Shown piece after piece: positions 12,082-24,600 of a DNA stretch of 64,000 bases (positions are counted from its first letter, which is position 1; each line of letters begins with the position of its first letter). Position numbers and translations under genes: made by a program. Origin of the DNA: Botryllus schlosseri (taxonomy: Eukaryota); contig CM119371.1 of the NCBI GenBank assembly GCA_051294905.1, positions 26,228,001 through 26,292,000 on the forward strand. The letters run 5' to 3'. The notes under the pieces were generated by a model that saw nothing but the letters and a program-made list of their open reading frames with translations, ran no database searches and had not been told where the DNA came from.

Positions 12082-13089
12082 CGGATCCGGAGCCCAGGTG
12101 GTGAAAATGCAGAACGGTTCAGAAACCGAAAAGGTTACTTTTCCATAAACTGCCAGGTCAATATCATAACCGTGGTTTATAATGATATATATCGGCAGCA
12201 CTTGCACTAAAATAATTATAATTTATAATTCGTATAGGGTATGATAGGAACATTCGTTACCTCTACCGCAACCTTAACCCAATCATAAATGCCATAAATT
12301 TTGACGTATTCATGGGGAACACTGCCTAGTGATAGTCAATTGATCATGCTGTTGCTGATAAGTAATTACACTGACCCCCCCATATTATGTTGCTGCCTTG
12401 ATGATAATGCAAATATTCCTAGCTAACAAAACATGAAGTTACACCATACAATTTGGTTTGGGTGTTTGTTGTGATTTAAAAATAACTATTTAATGATTTT
12501 TTTTGTCCAGTGATGCAAGTGATATATAGAATAGTAATTCACAATACTAATACATACATTCATGTTTCAGGCTGTATGTGATGCAAGACTCGTCTTTACG
12601 AACATTTATGCAAAATGGTACGGTTCGACACATGATGCAAGGATATTCCATAATTCTGCATTATATGGTTATCTGGAAAGCCAGTCGACCTCAAATGGAC
12701 TGTTGCTTGGCGACCAAGGCTACCCATTGACTACTTATCTAATGACACCGTTACGCAATCCTTTGCGTGAGCCTGAGCTGTGTTACAACAGAAGCCACAA
12801 AAAGATCAGATTGACAATCGAACGCGCGTTTGGTGTTTTGAAGCGAGTATTTTCCTGCCTGAAAACAGGCATGAGGTTAAAAGTCGACACAACTTTGAAC
12901 GTGATTCCAGCCTGCGTCTGCATGTACAACTTTCTCAGGCAACGTGGCATGATCGAGGCATCACTTGATGAATTTACAGATGATGGAATGGATCCTAGTG
13001 ATTCTACACCACAAGGCCAGCGTACAGACTACGCACAAGCTTCTGCGATCCGTCCGCAGCTGATAAGATTGCACTTTTCATCTGCGTAG
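12082..13089 (+). pseudogene. PIF/Harbinger DDE nuclease (HARBI1-like), 5'-truncated; exon remnant 12082-12156 and exon 12571-13089
   Basis: RIRSPGGENAERFRNRKGYFSINCQ | AVCDARLVFTNIYAKWYGSTHDARIF…LLGDQGYP…IERAFGVLKR; phase-0 GT-AG intron; N-terminal part with the first catalytic Asp not found. Confidence 0.85.
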
Positions 13090-14176
13090 AACCGAATGTG
13101 ATGTGGTGCAGTTGCAAATGATAAGATAACTTGTATAGTTTTTGACTAGATGTTTCCTAAAAAACAATTTCCATTGTCCAATCTCCCTAACATAAGCAAA
13201 AATAACCCTTCAAATTGGATTAATTTTGGAAAGTTTATTCCGTTACCATGATACAATGGCTATTTGACATGGTTCTTATCTTACTACTGAAATACATATT
13301 GACAAGTTACTACTAGTAAATATACCTTGTCACAATTCTACAGATTGTTTGCTATTGCTGATTTAAATGGTACCTGCAGTGGAATGAATAATACTAGATG
13401 TCTGAAGCACTCTTTTATTGAGCAGCAGCCCAGCACAAAGAAACTTTATTGAGTGGCAGAACAAAGAAACATAAGCAAGCACAGTATAATCAGCATGACA
13501 TTGGTAATGAGTAGGGCAATATATCCAACATGTCAATATTGTCACGTTGAGCCAAAATGATGTCGAAATTTTTTGCAACCTGCATTCGTTTCACCTGCGC
13601 TCTCGGTGAACTTATTGACATTTTACAGCTTGTGTAGCCCCTACCGTTTTAGACGGTCTATTGTGAATCATAAACGCCAAATGCAACAAATTTTAGGTTG
13701 ATGTGGTGTTACACTCAACATACTGCAGTATCTTAAGTGAAGCAGAAGCAGTCGTTTTTAGGTAAAAAAATCGCTCTAGTAATGAGACATTTTAGCAGTA
13801 GCAAAGAACCACAGTACAAAAATATATTAGGCAATTAGCCCTTTGCAGCACAGTATTGGAATACAAACGTATTATCGCTCTGGAATCGAACGTGTCTAAT
13901 TTTCTTTGGTCATATCTTGACCATGTTCATGTTAGAAACAACGTGACACACACAAATAGACATGGTCATGGTCATGGCCATGATGTTATCAAAAGAGAAT
14001 AAAAATCTTACAAAAATGGCCAATAGCTACTTTGATTCCACAGCGGCGATATGGATCCAATTCTATTGCACTAAAGAAAATATATTAAATCACAAAAGAA
14101 CAGTGCTGGCTAAAACGAAATAATGAAGCTGTTAGGAACGAGCATTACGACTCTTCAAAATATCTATTAATCACGT

Positions 14177-15724
14177 CTACTTTTTGATGGAACGCTGTTC
14201 GAGTTCCATTTCTGCCAATTTCAGCTTTTTGTTTAGGAGCTCTATCTGTTTTTTTAGTTTGATTGCTTGCAATCTGTACAGCTCATTCCGGGATTCAGAC
14301 TCCTGAGCAAGTTTCCTCTTTCCAGAACAGGTTGGTTTAGGAGGTGCAGATATCGACGTATCATCTGAAAAGATACCAATATGTCTTGTTCTGTTGCAGT
14401 GTTGGGATGACTCAAGTCAGCATTGAAAATCGATTGACTTGACTCGAGTCAAAATCTGCAATGACTCGTGACTCGAAGGTAGTGACTTGATCCCAACACT
14501 GTTCTGTTGAGCCTAGGACATATTCAGCAGGAGTAGTCGGCTCCTTTTACCACCTACTCTATCTCAGACAAAAAATACCTTACCTGCTGTCGTTTTGAGA
14601 GGTCGTTTTTCCGGAGTAGATGCATACGTCCTCAAAGATTTTGAACAGACGGGATGCCTGCTTGGTGCAGATAGTACAGAGTCATCGACTATATTGGATG
14701 GAGATGACACCGATACCAGTGTGTACATTTCCTCTGAAATCAAGCAGTACATACTAAGTGACACGACACATACTTTCTATGAGATATACAGATAAACCAG
14801 TTAATATATTTCTGTTGTGTAAAATAGGTTATCAAATTCGTATGGACTACGCAGAGGTGTAAGAAGCATTTATGAGTTTGAATTTATACATGCAGTTGGC
14901 GTATTCTCAAAGCCTTAATGCAATAGAACGGCGTGACCAGCATGTTTGTGTTGAAACGTATACAGGCCTATTTCTGCTTGTAGCTCTGGATTGCACTTAT
15001 GAAATAGTACAATAATTGTGTTGAGAACGCATAATACCCAACATTGAGACAATTTTTACAAACCTTGCTCTGTACTTCCAACGATCCCACCAGATTATGG
15101 AAGAGTTGCGCTTTCAGTGTCCAATTGAGAGTCTGTGATTATGGGATTGAAGTGCGCTGGCTCCATTGCGAGCAGCTGGAAATACAATTGCAATAATCAA
15201 AATGGGAATCAATTTTCTTCAGTGAGAAACAACAACATGAGCAAACCAAATGAATTGTCTATCAATTCTCTGCGCGTGAATCACAAAATTCATGCAGCAA
15301 TAATATATTCCGATTTCAATTCAAGATTGAGATATGTTTCAATGTTCACTGATGCCAATGTACACCGAAGAGTGGCAAAAGAAGTAGGCCTACAAACCTG
15401 CTGCGAAATTGGAGTTAATTCTTTATCCTTGAAGGATCCACCACCGGTCTTCACATTTTATTTGCGGATAAATGTCATTTCTTTTCCCACCTTTGCCTTC
15501 AGGTTCTTATATAGAGCTCTTAGCTTCATCCAATTGTCAATTTGCCGTGTATGGCTGTCCATATTAAACTCAACCTGAATCTTTGTCCAGGCCAACGCCT
15601 TGGAATTGTTTGTAAATTTATTTGTTGATTTGTCCTTTAATATAGGCCACTTTTCCACCAAATTCAGCAAAAACTCTTTTTCATACTCTGAATAGTTTGT
15701 CCTCTTTTCAACACTTGAATCCAT
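14177..15724 (-). pseudogene. Harbinger Myb/SANT-like DNA-binding gene, 4 exons (15724-15398, 15175-15064, 14733-14584, 14364-14177)
   Basis: MDSSVEKRTNYSEYEKEFLLNLV…AWTKIQVEFN…KLRALYKNLK…*NVKTGGG; phase-compatible GT-AG junctions; C-terminal coiled-coil-like ELYRLQAIKLKKQIELL…; two in-frame stops and one frameshift. Confidence 0.75.
14397..14501. mobile_element. 105-bp hAT-type MITE in the Myb-gene intron
   Basis: TIR CAGTGTTGGGAT / ATCCCAACACTG; exact TSD TTCTGTTG; miniature relative of 17622-18556. Confidence 0.85.
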
Positions 15725-16164
15725 ATTTATAATCTTGTGGCTATGAACTAGAGAACTAAGAAAAATAGCTAATCGTTAAAAAGTAATAGCTTCACCACAG
15801 CAAGGTTTACACCGCCGTCAGTTTTGTAACAATAGCAGATTCAGTACCGTAACTCAAAATTTATTGCAAGATTACGATTTATTGATCGCTAGACATCATA
15901 TGCTTCCTTTAGTAAACCTGAACTTTTCCTTAGGTACACGAATACATACTGCAAAACAGCCTTGAAATATTCCAAAATTTGGCACCCTACTGTACGTCCG
16001 GACAACCATCGAAATGGAATGTATTACCTGAGCTATCTATAGTGACATGCTCCTTTTGTTGTTCTATAAGATGGGCCAGGTATGACCGATCATTGATGCT
16101 GAAAATCACCGTGAAAACACGAACCGCTCGCGTAACGATAAATTCATGTACCGGTATCGCAAAT

Positions 16165-19100
16165 GGGCAATTCCCCGCACAGACAACCGATGTTCCCACC
16201 ACTACCTCTCCAAATATTATGAAATTTGGTACACGCACAGATGAGCTAATTCCAAACAGGATGAACTTTATTTTATGAAAATTGGACTTGGGGGTCAAAA
16301 GTTACGTCACTTTGAAAATTGACAATTTTCTGCTCATTTCGGGTCTGCACTTTCGGGTTTTATCAATGCAATATTCAAGAAGGTGTAGCTAGATGTTAGA
16401 CGACAGTTGAGATACGGTACTTGGATTTATCTGAAGCTTGTCTGATCGTCTATATTTTCAAGTAAAATTTAATGCCCTGTAGGTTAGGGCCAAAGGTTAA
16501 ATTGAGGGGGAATTTGGTCAATGGTCTAAAATCAGTCAGGCGTTACGCGATTTAGACTGCGGATTGCTCAAAAACATATTAAAATATTTTGGAAAATAGG
16601 ATCTTAAATGAAAGTTTGCTTCAAGGAGACTTCGTTCATAGCAGTTTGATTTTGGCTATTAGACTGTAAAGTGATGAAATTGCAGTTTCAAGAGCACACT
16701 TCATTTGCACACGGAAATGCAGTAGTAGAAGGGTGCGTTCGGACATCGAGTCTGGGGTGTGTGTGGACATCATGTCTGGGATGTGTTCCGCCATCATGTC
16801 TTGGGTGTGTTCGGACTGTGTTGCCATTGAAACGTAGTGTCTGGGGTGAGTTCGGACTTTTTTCCCCTCGGACATCGTGTCTGGGATGGGTTCAGACAGT
16901 TTTGCAACTCGGACATCGGGCCGAGGGTGTGTTCGGAATGTGTTGCCATTCGGACATCGTGTCTAGGGCGTGTTCGGACATCATGTCAGGGGTGTGTTGC
17001 TACTCGGGCATCGTGTCTGGGGGGGCTCGGACATCATGCCGGGAGTGTGTTAGGATTGTGTTGTCAATTGCACATCGTGTCTGGATATTTTTGTGCTGCG
17101 CCAGATATGCCTCAGACCTGATATCTGGGCACAATTCTTATCCAGACATGCTCCGGAGCTGATGCCTGCGTACTAAATACCTTCAGGCATTGTCCGAAAC
17201 GGATATCTGCTCACTTAGTGGACACAGACATACGTCAGACGTGATACCCGCGTACTAAACGACGCGTGACCTATATACGACCTCTTTATTTGCGGTTTTT
17301 GCTTATATCTGCGAGAGCTGGGTATATTCACAGTAGTGATAGCTGAGTATATCCACATCCACAGTAGTGATAGCTGAGTATATCCACATCCACAGTAGTG
17401 ATAGCTGAGTATATCCACAGCTGTCACTACTCTGGATATAGGCCTACTCACCTCAACTATCACAGATATCACTACTGCGGATGTGGAAATACTCAGCTAT
17501 CGCTACAGTGGATATACTCAGCTATTGCAGATATCAACAAAAACCGCCAATATAGAGGTCATAGGTCTAACGTCGTTTAGGACGCGGGCATCACGTCCGA
17601 CGCATGTCTATGTCTATTAAGCAATGTTGGGATCAAGTCACTACCTTCGAGTCACGAGTCATCTCGAGTCATTGTACATTTTGACTCGAGTCAAGTCAAG
17701 TCAATCGATTTTCGAAGGTGACTCGAGTCAAGTCAAGTCACTCGTTTTTTGGAGGTGACTCGAGTCAAGTCGAGTCAAGTCAAGTCAAGTCACGAGTCAA
17801 GTCACAATTCAAGTCAAATTGAATTTTCGAAGTATGAGTGATGATTCAAAGTCATTACATTTTGCTAGCTGTGTTAATGACAGATTGGTTGCTGATATCG
17901 CTTGAATCAAATAACGGGTGTCAAGTTAAATATACATGCAAAAAGGCGTTGTATCACTCACGAACTCTTAGAGCTGCTAAAATGGAGGATCTAATACGAA
18001 GCGCCGAGAAGTTGAAACAAATTAATATGGTACAATACGCTACCCATCAACACATCCGTGAGATTATAAACGCATAAACTATATTCGTTCGATTCAAATC
18101 ATACTAGGGGGTTGCCTAAACAGGGCACTTCGCGATGTAAGCACTGAGCCATCTAACAAACAGAGATACGTAGTTATTAGATTATTCTACAGCTACTACA
18201 TAAACGTAAGCTGTGATCATTTCGTTTTCGGTCAATATATTTGTGATGTAACAATCGAGGAACAGGGAAAAGTACAATCTGTGAATGACTGCTTGCTCTC
18301 ACAAGTCACACCGGCGTATCGCGAACAATCCGAACATCAAAGAGATGCAGCGATTTAATTGACACCGTTTACTAGATGACTTGAAATTGACTCGTAAATT
18401 TTGCTCCGAGTCAAGAGTCAATCCTCATTTCTGAAGCGCCGAGTCAAGTCAAGTCAAGTCATTTTTGCAAAGTGACTCGAGTCAAGTCAAGTCATGCGAA
18501 AAAGTTGACTCGAGTCTGACTCGAGTCAAGTCATGACTCGAGTCATCCCAACACTGCTATTAAGTGCGCAGATATCCGGTTCGGACCCTGCCTGGGGGTA
18601 TTTAGCACACAGGTATCAGCTCCGGAGCATGTCCGGATAAAAATAGTGCGCAGATATCAGGTCTGAGGTGTTCGAATTGTTTTGCAACTCGGGCATCGTG
18701 TCTTGGAGGTGTTCAGATATTATGTCTTGGGTGTGTTCGGACTGTTTCGCAACGCGGACATCGTATCTGGGGGGCATTCGGATTGAGCTGTCACTCGGAC
18801 ATCGTGTCTGGAAGGTGTTCGGGCATCATGCCTGTGGTGTGTCCGGACTGTGTTGTTACTCAGACATCGTGTGTGGGATATGTTTGTGATGCGCCAAACA
18901 TGCCTCAGACCTGATATCTGCCACTATTTTAATCTGGACAGTGGACATGCGTCGTAGCTCTAACCTGCGCACCAAATACCCCCAGGCATATTCCGAATCT
19001 GATATCTGCGGGCTTAAGGGATACATACATGCGTCAGACGTGATACCCGCGTCCTAAACGACATTTGACCAATATATGACCTCTATATTTGCGGTTTTTG

Positions 19101-20394
19101 CTGATATCTGCGATTGCTGGGTATATGTATAGCAGTGATAGCTGAGTATATCCTTATCCACAGTAGTGATGTCAGTGATAGCTGAGTATATCCACAGTAG
19201 TGATAGCTGTGGATGTACTCAGCTATCACTACTGTAAATTTGGATATACTCAGCTACCACTATACTGTGGATATACCTAGCTATCGCAGATATCAGCAAA
19301 AACGCGTCGTTTAGGACGCGGGCATCACGCCTGACGCATGTATGTGTCCAGATATCCGTTTCGGACAATGCCTGAAGGTATTTAGTGCGCAGGCATCAGC
19401 TCCGGAGCACGTCTGGATAAAAATAGTGCGCAGATATCAGGTCTGAGGCATGTCTGGCGCAGCACAAACATATCCCAGACACCATGTCCGATTGACAACA
19501 CAATCCTAACACACTCCAGGCATGATGTCCGAGCCCCCCCAGACACGATGCCCGAGTAGCAACACACCCCTGACATGATGTCCGAACACGCCCTAGACAC
19601 GATGTCCGAATGGCAACACATTCCGAACACACCCTCGGCCCGATGTCCGAGTTGCAAAACTGTCTGAACCCACCCCAGACACGATGTCCGAGGGGAAAAA
19701 AGTCCGAACTCACCCCAGACACTACGTTTCAATGGCAACACAGTCCGAACACACCCAAGACATGATGGCGGAACACATCCCAGACATGATGTCCACACAC
19801 ACCCCAGACTCGATGTCCGAACGCACCCTTCTACTACTGCATTTCCGTGTGCAAATGAAGTGTGCTCTTGAAACTGCAATTTCATCACTTTACAGTCTAA
19901 TAGCCAAAATCAAACAGCTATGAACGAAGTCTCCTTGAAGCAAACTTTCATTTAAGATCCTATTTTCAAAAATATTTTGATATGTTTTTGAGCAATCCGC
20001 AGTCTAAATCGTGTAACGCCTGACTGATTTTATACCATTGACCAAATTCCCCCTCAATTTAACCTTTGGCCCTAACCTACAGGGCATTAAATTTTACTTG
20101 GAAATATAGACGATCAGACAAGCTTCAGATAAATCCAAGTGCCGTATCTCAACTGTCGTCTAACCTCTAGCTACACCTTCTTGAATATTGCATTGATAAA
20201 ACCTGAAAGTGCAGACCCGAAATGAGCAGAAAATTGTCAATTTTCAAAGTGACGTAACTTTTGACCCCCAAGTCCAATTTTCATAAAATAAAGTTAATCC
20301 TGTTTGGAATTAGCTCATCTGTGCGTGTACCAAATTTCAGGAGATTTGGAGAGGTAGTGGTGGGAACACCGGTTGTCTGTGCAGGGAATTGCCC
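16165..20394. mobile_element. foldback non-autonomous DNA transposon with ~1045-bp inverted arms (Sola2-like termini)
   Basis: 16165-17209 is a close reverse complement of 19349-20394; termini GGGCAATTCC…GGAATTGCCC; 4-bp flanks AAAT on both sides; no transposase ORF. Confidence 0.8.
17622..18556. mobile_element. non-autonomous hAT-type element with GACTCGAGTCAAGTC subterminal repeats, nested in the foldback
   Basis: TIR CAATGTTGGGAT / ATCCCAACACTG; exact TSD CTATTAAG (17614-17621, 18557-18564). Confidence 0.85.
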
Positions 20395-21656
20395 AAATAT
20401 GACCAAGATATATGACGCAAATACGCGAATTACATGTAATGCGAGTATTGAGTAGACGACGAATTACATTTTTTTCGTAATACCAACCGGAGTTTACTGT
20501 AGGCCGAGTTTCTATCCGAGTATTACGCAATTTTTGAATTAATCCTTGTTTTCGTAATACGGCCATAGGATTCCGACTAGATTGGGCGGTGAGTCATACC
20601 TATAGAAGTAAATTTGACTTGTGACTCGGTCACAACCCTGAATATATGCAGGATCCACCGTTCCTCGTGATCTTCCTAGCATATAAGTATCCCGCTAATA
20701 GATGTGTGTTCATCATACACTGCAAAACGTTTTAAATCACCACTGCATCGACCACACACCCAAGATTATTTCATGATTGCATTTAGTCACAGGAAAACAC
20801 ACAATAATTATGAGGTGACCTTTCCGCATCAGAAACTCTAAAAACGATAAATAAATAGGTATCTCAATGTAAACGAAATTAACACAGGATCACACTGCGG
20901 ACAGTGGCAGAGCAAAAGTACTGAACGAGACAAAATATTATTTGCTGAACTGAGAGGAAATCGGCAATAATATAGCAAACAATAGATAAATGCAAGTTAC
21001 CAACCGCATGCGTTGATTTGAAAGTGTGAAACTGTGTTTCATTGTTTCTGTAAAATATATGTACAGCGAAGCTAATGCCCGGATATAACAGGACTAAGGG
21101 TATACAAAAGGGCAATTTCAGTGCATCTTTAGCAAACCCATGACCTTCCCTTTCAATTCTAGGGACCGAAATGAAACTAAACGAATGCTGGGAAAATTGG
21201 TACCAGAGTTTTTTGATTCAGAGTCAAGTATTGGGCATTGATTTAGAGTCGTGTATTCGAGCACCACACACGATTACTTCATAGCCGTAACACGACTTGG
21301 AAAGTTCAAGTATGTATAAATATTGAGGCCACAAGGAAAACCGTGTCAGGTACACTTTATCCAATTTGGTTTTGTATATCTTGACTATGGCTAGCGCTTT
21401 GGCACCGTATGTAAGGGTCAATATTATTGATCGACAGAATAAAGGGTTCCATGAATATTCGTAGCCTTGTGCAGCAAGTTCGTCGACGCTGAATTACGCC
21501 CGAGGTGTCGAGGCTCCAACGGTCGGGAATAGAACGTTGGAACTACATTTCCCGTGCCGAAGTCGTATATTTTCGTTTCTCGTAAAGATCCACTCACACT
21601 GTTCGACTCGAATAGTTGTGATCAGCCCTATTACCGAGTACCATACTAATGCGAAG

Positions 21657-24600
21657 TTAAACATCATGAGATGTGCCCGCAGTCGGCCTGCAGACAATGC
21701 AGTCTTCTAAAGTTGCAATGCACTCGGAGCAGTACGCTGGCGGGTGCGTGCAAGCTACGAATGATTCGTTCGTGGCCATCCGTGAGCGACATTTGATGCA
21801 AACATAGTTTTTACGGTCCTCCTCCTCCGATTCGTTGAATCTGGCGTAAAAGAGATGATTTGATGTTGACGAATCGCGATGATACTGTTTCTAATTATGT
21901 TTTATATGAACTCGATTAAATAATGCGAAATTGGATAAATTTTTACGTCCCATTAATCAACATAAAGCTTCCCGCGCATCTGACGAGGCAATACGAATCA
22001 TGCACTGTAATGATAAATATTTAGAAAGCGGATCCGACTCATACATGGATGTCGAAAAATAAATATGGACACTAATCTGGTCGCAGGCGAATCGACAGCC
22101 AACATCTTTTTCGGTACGTATGTACTGATACATTTACTGTCAGACGTCTTGATGAGTGGTTCCCAACCGGACATCATTTCTTCACTATGGAGTAAAGGAG
22201 CCCGTCAGAGAAGTAATTTCATTAAAAAAAAACTTTTAAAATATCTCACATTGAAAAATGTAGCTTCTTCAGATCCGTGGGAAATATTTAGCACGTGTGA
22301 CTGTGATTAAGGTTATTTCAAGTCGTATAATTGCGACTTCGACAGGAGTGTTAGTTTTGATAAGCCACACTAAAAAATGACATAACGGATAATAATTTTC
22401 GTAGACCGCCGGCTGTGCGGTCGATCGTAAGTGCACAAGCAAACCTATAGCTTTACTGGTTTCTACTTAAATCTAGGTGGATTGTAGAGAAACCAATTTA
22501 ATTGAAATGCCAGGATTCATAAAATTCGGGACTCCTTTTTTAATTTTCAGTAATATAGGTATGAAGCCATCATTTCAAGGCCGGTCTGACCATCTGAGCA
22601 AATGGAGGAGCGTGACGAAAATGGACGAGAACCACCAAACGGGATTCATCAATACTACAGCGGTTTTAAAAGGACAATAAAACCATTATCGGTGCTCTCT
22701 CAGATTCGAGAATACAACATAGTTTACTTTAATATAACAGTCGTGCGAATGTGGAAAGAAACAACTCTTAGAACGCACTATCCACATACTGTATCACTGA
22801 CAGTCAATGTAAAAAATGTATTGCGAATCAGAGATTGTCAGTAACTAAGTATTTCCATATTTTTTGAAGTACCCAAGTAGGCTCTGCCTTCATCCACTAC
22901 TCCCTTTCTTTATATTACTTCCACTTCTACGGAACGTTTTCTTACGAAAAACTATTTACTTTCAGAACTTTGGATTTTGTATAGTAGAATCTACTTGGGG
23001 ATATTTTGCATAATGTTTGTAAACGATACTGCCTTAACACTTTGACTGCCAACAATCCTAAATTTGGTATTCTACTCAATTCCATAAAGTGCCGGCGATC
23101 CTATATTTAGGATATTTTTGAAATGCGTACAGTAAAGTCCGGGGTAGGCTCTATATCAGTGGTTCGCAACCTTTTTCGGTGGCAGGGCCAAATTTAGAAT
23201 TACTGAGTACGGTCGGGGCCGCACGAATACCAGGGCAATGAAAGGAACCCAAAATAGTCACCAAAACATGAAAATTGGCATCGTTCCGATTGTTCGCTTG
23301 ACGCCCTTGGCCGTTGTGTTGCCGCGCTCCCGTTGTTCAGAACAATCAACCTTTGGTGATTATTTCGGAGTAGTTTTATTGCCCTGGCAAGATTTCAATT
23401 CTTATTATTGGAATCAGTGCGACACTTTCTTTCGATAAACACCGACATATCAAATTATTCGGACGCTCGGGTCGCGAGTAGGGCTGGGCACAATGATTCG
23501 AGTACTCGAATCTGAATCGAGTATTAATTTTAATGATTCGAGTCGAGTAGTAAAAGACGATTTTTTCGAGTAGTGGAATTATGCGCTTCTCGCCACTGAA
23601 GGTTAATTTGTCAACGAGCATTATAGTTTCGATACTAATTTTCACTGTTGAAGCCTTGGAACCTTGTTTGGTGGTATCGTAGCATACAAAACATATGGTA
23701 CAAAGCTACGAGGTTGCTTGACGTATAGTACATTTCCGGAGTCATGATTATCCCACAACATTGTCACCAAGTGGAATGAAATCAATATGGTCACAAAAAT
23801 ACCCCAAAGTATCAGTTATGAGGTGGATAACAGGCATTATATTCTTTGTGGTGGCATTAACGATACATATTTGGACTTTGACATATTACATTCTGTTATG
23901 ACGTCACTATGGGTGATACTCGATTACTCGACTCGACTCGAAGCATATTACGTGATTCAGAATCGAATCACTCAAGTACTCGATTTTGCCCAGCCCTAGT
24001 CGCGAGCTATAGGACTACCAATTATGTTGCTTTTTGCCGGCTAAGCAGTACGCATCTCGGCTTATTCCATCGTGAGTCACTTGTTGCACATCTATCGGTG
24101 AATTAGTTATCAATACCCAGGGCCGTAACAGCACTTTGTCAATCCCCTCCAAAACGTTGCTCTTGGGCCCCCCATAGGGTGATAAACCGAACTTCGAAGC
24201 CCTACAGACCCCCATCAGGCTAGAGGCTGTTTATCGCTATTTATCAACTAAATCGGGTGTCCGTTTTAGGCAGCTACTCTCGACTAATTGCGCCAAGCGC
24301 GAAAAATTTCTATAATTCATGATTGAATCGGTCAATATAATCGGGAATTGGATATTAGTATTAATATTTATCCTCTCTCTGCTCACGTAATCAGATTGAC
24401 AGGTTGAGCAGAGTGAGTTGTGTTTGAAAAGGTAGGACCCCTCAATATTAATTAAACATATTCGGGCGTATTCCCGTTGGCAGGAACGAAACAGCACTTC
24501 GTCAGGCCCCCCAAAACACTTAGGTCTTGAGCTCCCATAGGGTGACAAACCGACCCCCCGTCTCGTTGTTCGCTTCTGCCACGAAATCAGGATCACCTTT

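Noticed and set aside
16636..19923. Cys-rich duplicated ORFs (16671-17162, 19382-19888 and others)
   Set aside because: Translations of GT-rich subterminal repeats in the inverted arms; duplicated only because the arms are.
21380..21500. BIR-like words on the minus strand (ELAAQGYEYS…IRC) after RING paralog B
   Set aside because: Too short, needs a frameshift and lacks the BIR Cys/His ligands.
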